64,000 bases of DNA from Takakia lepidozioides. Taxonomy: Eukaryota > Plantae > Bryophyta. Made by a program: the position numbers and the translations under genes. How positions within the stretch are numbered: position 1 is the first letter of the stretch; each line of letters begins with the position of its first letter. The notes beneath the pieces were generated by a model. The model made no database searches. It was not told the DNA's origin and saw nothing but the letters and a program-made list of their open reading frames with translations. This document shows positions 60,578 through 64,000 of the stretch, in pieces. The stretch spans positions 24,366,001 through 24,430,000 of the forward strand of contig CM060734.1 of the NCBI GenBank assembly GCA_030704615.1. Reading direction: 5' to 3'.

Positions 60578-62805
60578 CTACCTATACATGTCTCTAACTG
60601 GGAACCATCCCTCACTCCTCATCACCTGAGTCATAGCCGTGTACTCGTCCGAGAAATGCAAGCTATGTTGGGCCTCCAATTTGGAGGATGATGAGGCCGA
60701 GTCCGAGATTACATCATCCTTCGAACCACCCCCTACTACTGGCTCTCCCCCATCCGGCCGAGCCACTGAACTACCCATCCCCACCCCTACAGATGCACTA
60801 TCCTCCGTCAATTGTGGCATCTTGGCCATTGAAGCTACAAGGGCCTTCCACCCCTGAGTCTTGCAAAAGTTGTGCTCGATGGCGGAGGGAGGCCTCTGAA
60901 ACTTCTTTTTCTGCACATGACATACAAATGCAGTGACAAGTCAGAATTCATAATGGAAAGGAGAAGCTAAAAAAAATAAAAAATGGGTATGACAAGAGAA
61001 AGAACACTTACGAATCGGGTGACAAAACTCTTGCTTCCGCCGAGGCCCCACTTGTGTGTTGATTCCGCACACTTCTCGAGGCGGGCTATAGTTGCCGCAC
61101 GTCCCCTTGCGAAGATCTCCGCCTTCAGCTCTTCCCTCTCCCCTGCTATGAGAGCCTCCCAAGATTCCTGTCCAGCCCCAACAAAGACACTATAAATATT
61201 AATGAACTCCATACCGCAATGAACATGCATTCAAAGACGCCAATGACAAGTGAAGTGCGTCTTACCTTGGTTATTCCATGTGGCATGGTCGTTGGTTCGA
61301 CCCCCGCCTTGAGTGCCTTGTGAATGGTTTGTCGCACACGGTACCTCTTGTCCTTGAGGTTCTTTCCCACCAGCTCCAAGAGCTTCCCCTCATTCCACTC
61401 ACCCGGAAATGTGCCCTCAAGTGTTTGCACAAATGCTCGCCTATGGCGATGTGATTGGCGTGGCCAATCAATATGCCAAAGGAACCACCTCGCCGCCAAG
61501 TCGAAGGCTACTTTTTTCATGGCCTCCCAATACTCACCAATGGGGTCACCGACCTTATTGGTCTCTAAGGGGGGCACCTTCATCTTTGGCAAATCAAGGT
61601 TGCGGGGACCCGAGGTCTTTACCTCATCCACGCTCTTCTGAACTACCTCTCCTTTGTCTTTTGTTGCCCCGCTAATGCCCTCCACCAGCTGCACGCTCAT
61701 CTGAACTAGCTCCCCCTTATCTTTTGTTCCCCCACTTGTGCCCTCCCCCGGCTGCACCTCTCTTCTTCTACGCCTCTTTCTCTTACGCTCCCCCTCCTGG
61801 GCCTATCCTTTCCCCTTCCCCTCCACTACTTCCCTACCCTCCTTGATGATTAGGGGAACCTCGGGGACACGATGTCTTTTCCTCTTCCTCTTACTATCCC
61901 CACGGGTAGGCACCACCACTGTCCCTGCTTTGTCGGTGGCAATCCCACTGCCTGGCACAAGCTTAGCCACGAATGCGCCAAGCTCCTGAACACAAAACCC
62001 ACAAAATTAGAAACAAACCAGAAATAAAATGAAAGGCAAAGGAAAGAAAAAAAGGTGAAGGAAAGAGGCTCACATTTGCGTCCATGACCTCAATTTGCCC
62101 TCGGTCCCCGCTTGTGGTGCACCCCCCATAACGCCCCTCTCGGAATAAAGGTGGAAGCCTATCCCATGCACCCAATAGGCTCGCAGGCGGCGCCCCAAAG
62201 TTCAGGGTCTTCTTCATTGACCGTTCAGGCGACGGACTTCGCAAGGGACCCTCCAAAGCCAGTGTCACCCTCTCCTCTTCCCCCTCCCTTTCCCATGCCC
62301 CCTTATTTCCCTCTTCCCTCTTCTTGTCTTCCTCCCTCTTCCTTTCCTCCTCCTTCCACCTCATTGCGGCTCTTTGAAGCCTCTTCTTTTGAGGGGCTTC
62401 TGAGCCCCCCCCCCCCCCCCTTATAAGCCTCTTGGTTGCAAGAAGGAAAAAGGCATTGGCGGTGGGGCTAAGATCAAGTTGCCCATACCTGGCGCCAGAT
62501 CTGAGAATGCGCTTCCCCGCGTAAAAGTCAGGGCCCTCCATCAGCCCGTGCGGTGGCGTCCCAGCCAGAACATTGGGCGCACCACCCTCAAGTTTAGGCT
62601 CATCCCCAGCCTCTTTCGAGGGCGTGGAGGCCTCGACGGCCTTACGGCTTGGTCCTCTCACATAGCCGCCTATAGGGATGGTGAGTTTGGACCAAGTGGA
62701 CCGTGTCACACGACCGTCAATGACAGGAGCGTTGTCAGGCTTCCCTCCCTTAGCGGCAGGCGATTTCTGCTCCTTCGGCGGCGCCTTCTCCTTGTCCTTC
62801 GCCAT
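60578..62805 (-). pseudogene. CACTA TnpA-like (Ptta/En/Spm Transposase_24-type) gene with one premature stop
   Basis: Exons 62805-62074, 61985-61266, 61167-61012 and 60910-~60578, with phase-0 GT-AG introns. W-rich block WHIDWPRQS...LKDKRYRVR...MPHGITK/ESWEALI...AR...HKWGLGGSKSF. A single in-frame TAG near 61805. Confidence 0.65.
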
Positions 62806-63009
62806 ACTACTAGCTTATCCCTGCACCCACAATACTACTACCGTGTGATTTCACATGCCAAAAACAAACAAGGCCTGACCCTCCCCCTTCCTCTCTCGCC
62901 CTCTCCCTCTATCTTTATGTCCTTCTCCATCTCTTCTTTTCTCTCTCTACTGATAAGCAAAAAAATAAAAGAGGGGGGCGGGGAAGAGAGCACCAGCACT
63001 TGATGCTGC

Positions 63010-63260
63010 TGTCATCCCCCCACCATTCCAAAAAGCAAAAAAAAAAAATGTGGGGGGGACTGAGAGCAGCAGCAGCAAGTACTTGCTGCTGCAGCTCTCA
63101 GCGCCCCCCACCATTGCCAAAACCAAAAAATGAAAGGTCGGGGGGGGGGCACTAAGACCAGCAGCAGCAAGCTGCTCTCAGCATCCCCCACCATTCCAAA
63201 AACAAAAAACGAAAAGATTGGGGGGGTGGGGTGGGGGTGACTGAGCAGAAGCAGCTCCTG
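63010..63260. repeat. Three ~85-bp diverged tandem units (CCCCCACCATT...AAAA...GGGGGG...CAGCAGCAG)
   Basis: Units start near 63014, 63101 and 63182. Confidence 0.7.
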
Positions 63261-63388
63261 AGTCACTCTATCGATCAATTTTTCGGATCATAATTTAGAA
63301 TAGCACATTTTATGTACATTAGTATATATTTTATGAAGTTTAGTATGAAATCATAATAAGAAATCATAAATAAAATGGAATTCTAGCA

Positions 63389-64000
63389 ATGGCAGAGCCG
63401 GAGGTCCAGTCGAAGGACAACTCCTTGATTCCGGGATTGACAGACCATGTGACACTAGAATGCGTTGCACGGGTGTCTCGCTCTTATTATTTACCGTTGA
63501 AAGATGGTTGTAAGAAATGACATGCGCTAGCGGTGGTTGATGACGAAGGCTGCAACGACATCTTTGAGACTTGCAAACGGGTAGGAATAAAGGAGGAATG
63601 GGTTTACATGCTGGTTGGGCCTGCACACAATGTACAGCCTCTCATAAGTGCACAGAAGTGGTGGGCGTTTGATTCCGTTAATACGCGTTGGTGTTGTCTG
63701 CCAGACTACCTTGTGGATTATACCTTTGAAGTTTCTGACAAAGAGTCGGCAGTTACAGGAACTCAGCTTTTGGTTTGCGGACAATACCCTAGAGGCTACA
63801 TGGTATGGAGGTATGATTTAGAACTCAACGAATAGTCTTCAACGCCAAGAATGATTCAAGATCGATGTCTTTTTTACTCAGCAAATGTGGGCAAATATGT
63901 CTATTTGTACTGGAAGTCTCACCAATAGACGACTCTCAAAGCAATCAAGCGCTACAACTCGCTACTTCAAGCATGGGAACCTCTCCCCGATCTCAACATA
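63389..64000 (+). pseudogene. F-box/kelch-repeat protein (SKIP11-like) pseudogene, continuing beyond the window
   Basis: MAEPEVQSKDNSLIPGLTDHVTLECVARV (F-box), then a frameshift and stop, followed by EEWVY, WWAFD..RWCCLP, SDKES..GTQLLV.G, VWRYDL, *, and RYNS...WEPLPDL. Confidence 0.88.

Overview
Eukaryotic nuclear DNA from a land plant, probably a bryophyte (inferred from the TE repertoire and intron style, not proven). The window is largely a nest of decayed transposable elements around one apparently intact host gene, a 15-exon clade I-like MLO gene (40785-54626, +, 544 aa). Its 7.85-kb fourth intron holds two antisense Ty1/Copia elements. Other host-derived sequence is broken: a COMT-type O-methyltransferase fragment, a filamin/Ig-repeat fragment and an F-box/kelch pseudogene. 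The TEs are a hAT remnant, a SINE, CACTA TnpD and TnpA-like genes with subterminal palindrome arrays, a truncated Gypsy with an extra region upstream of gag, a Sola-like/DUF7869 DDE element, a Tourist MITE and a Helitron. The most interesting signals are chromatin/transcription-type accessory genes next to DNA transposases. One is a spliced Zn-finger + Pro-rich + SET-domain-like gene head-to-head with CACTA TnpD. The other is an ORF with Pol II CTD-like heptads inside a Sola-like element studded with a 24-bp CG-rich palindrome. Both are candidate TE-encoded anti-silencing systems. All family assignments come from motif recognition by eye; no searches were run.
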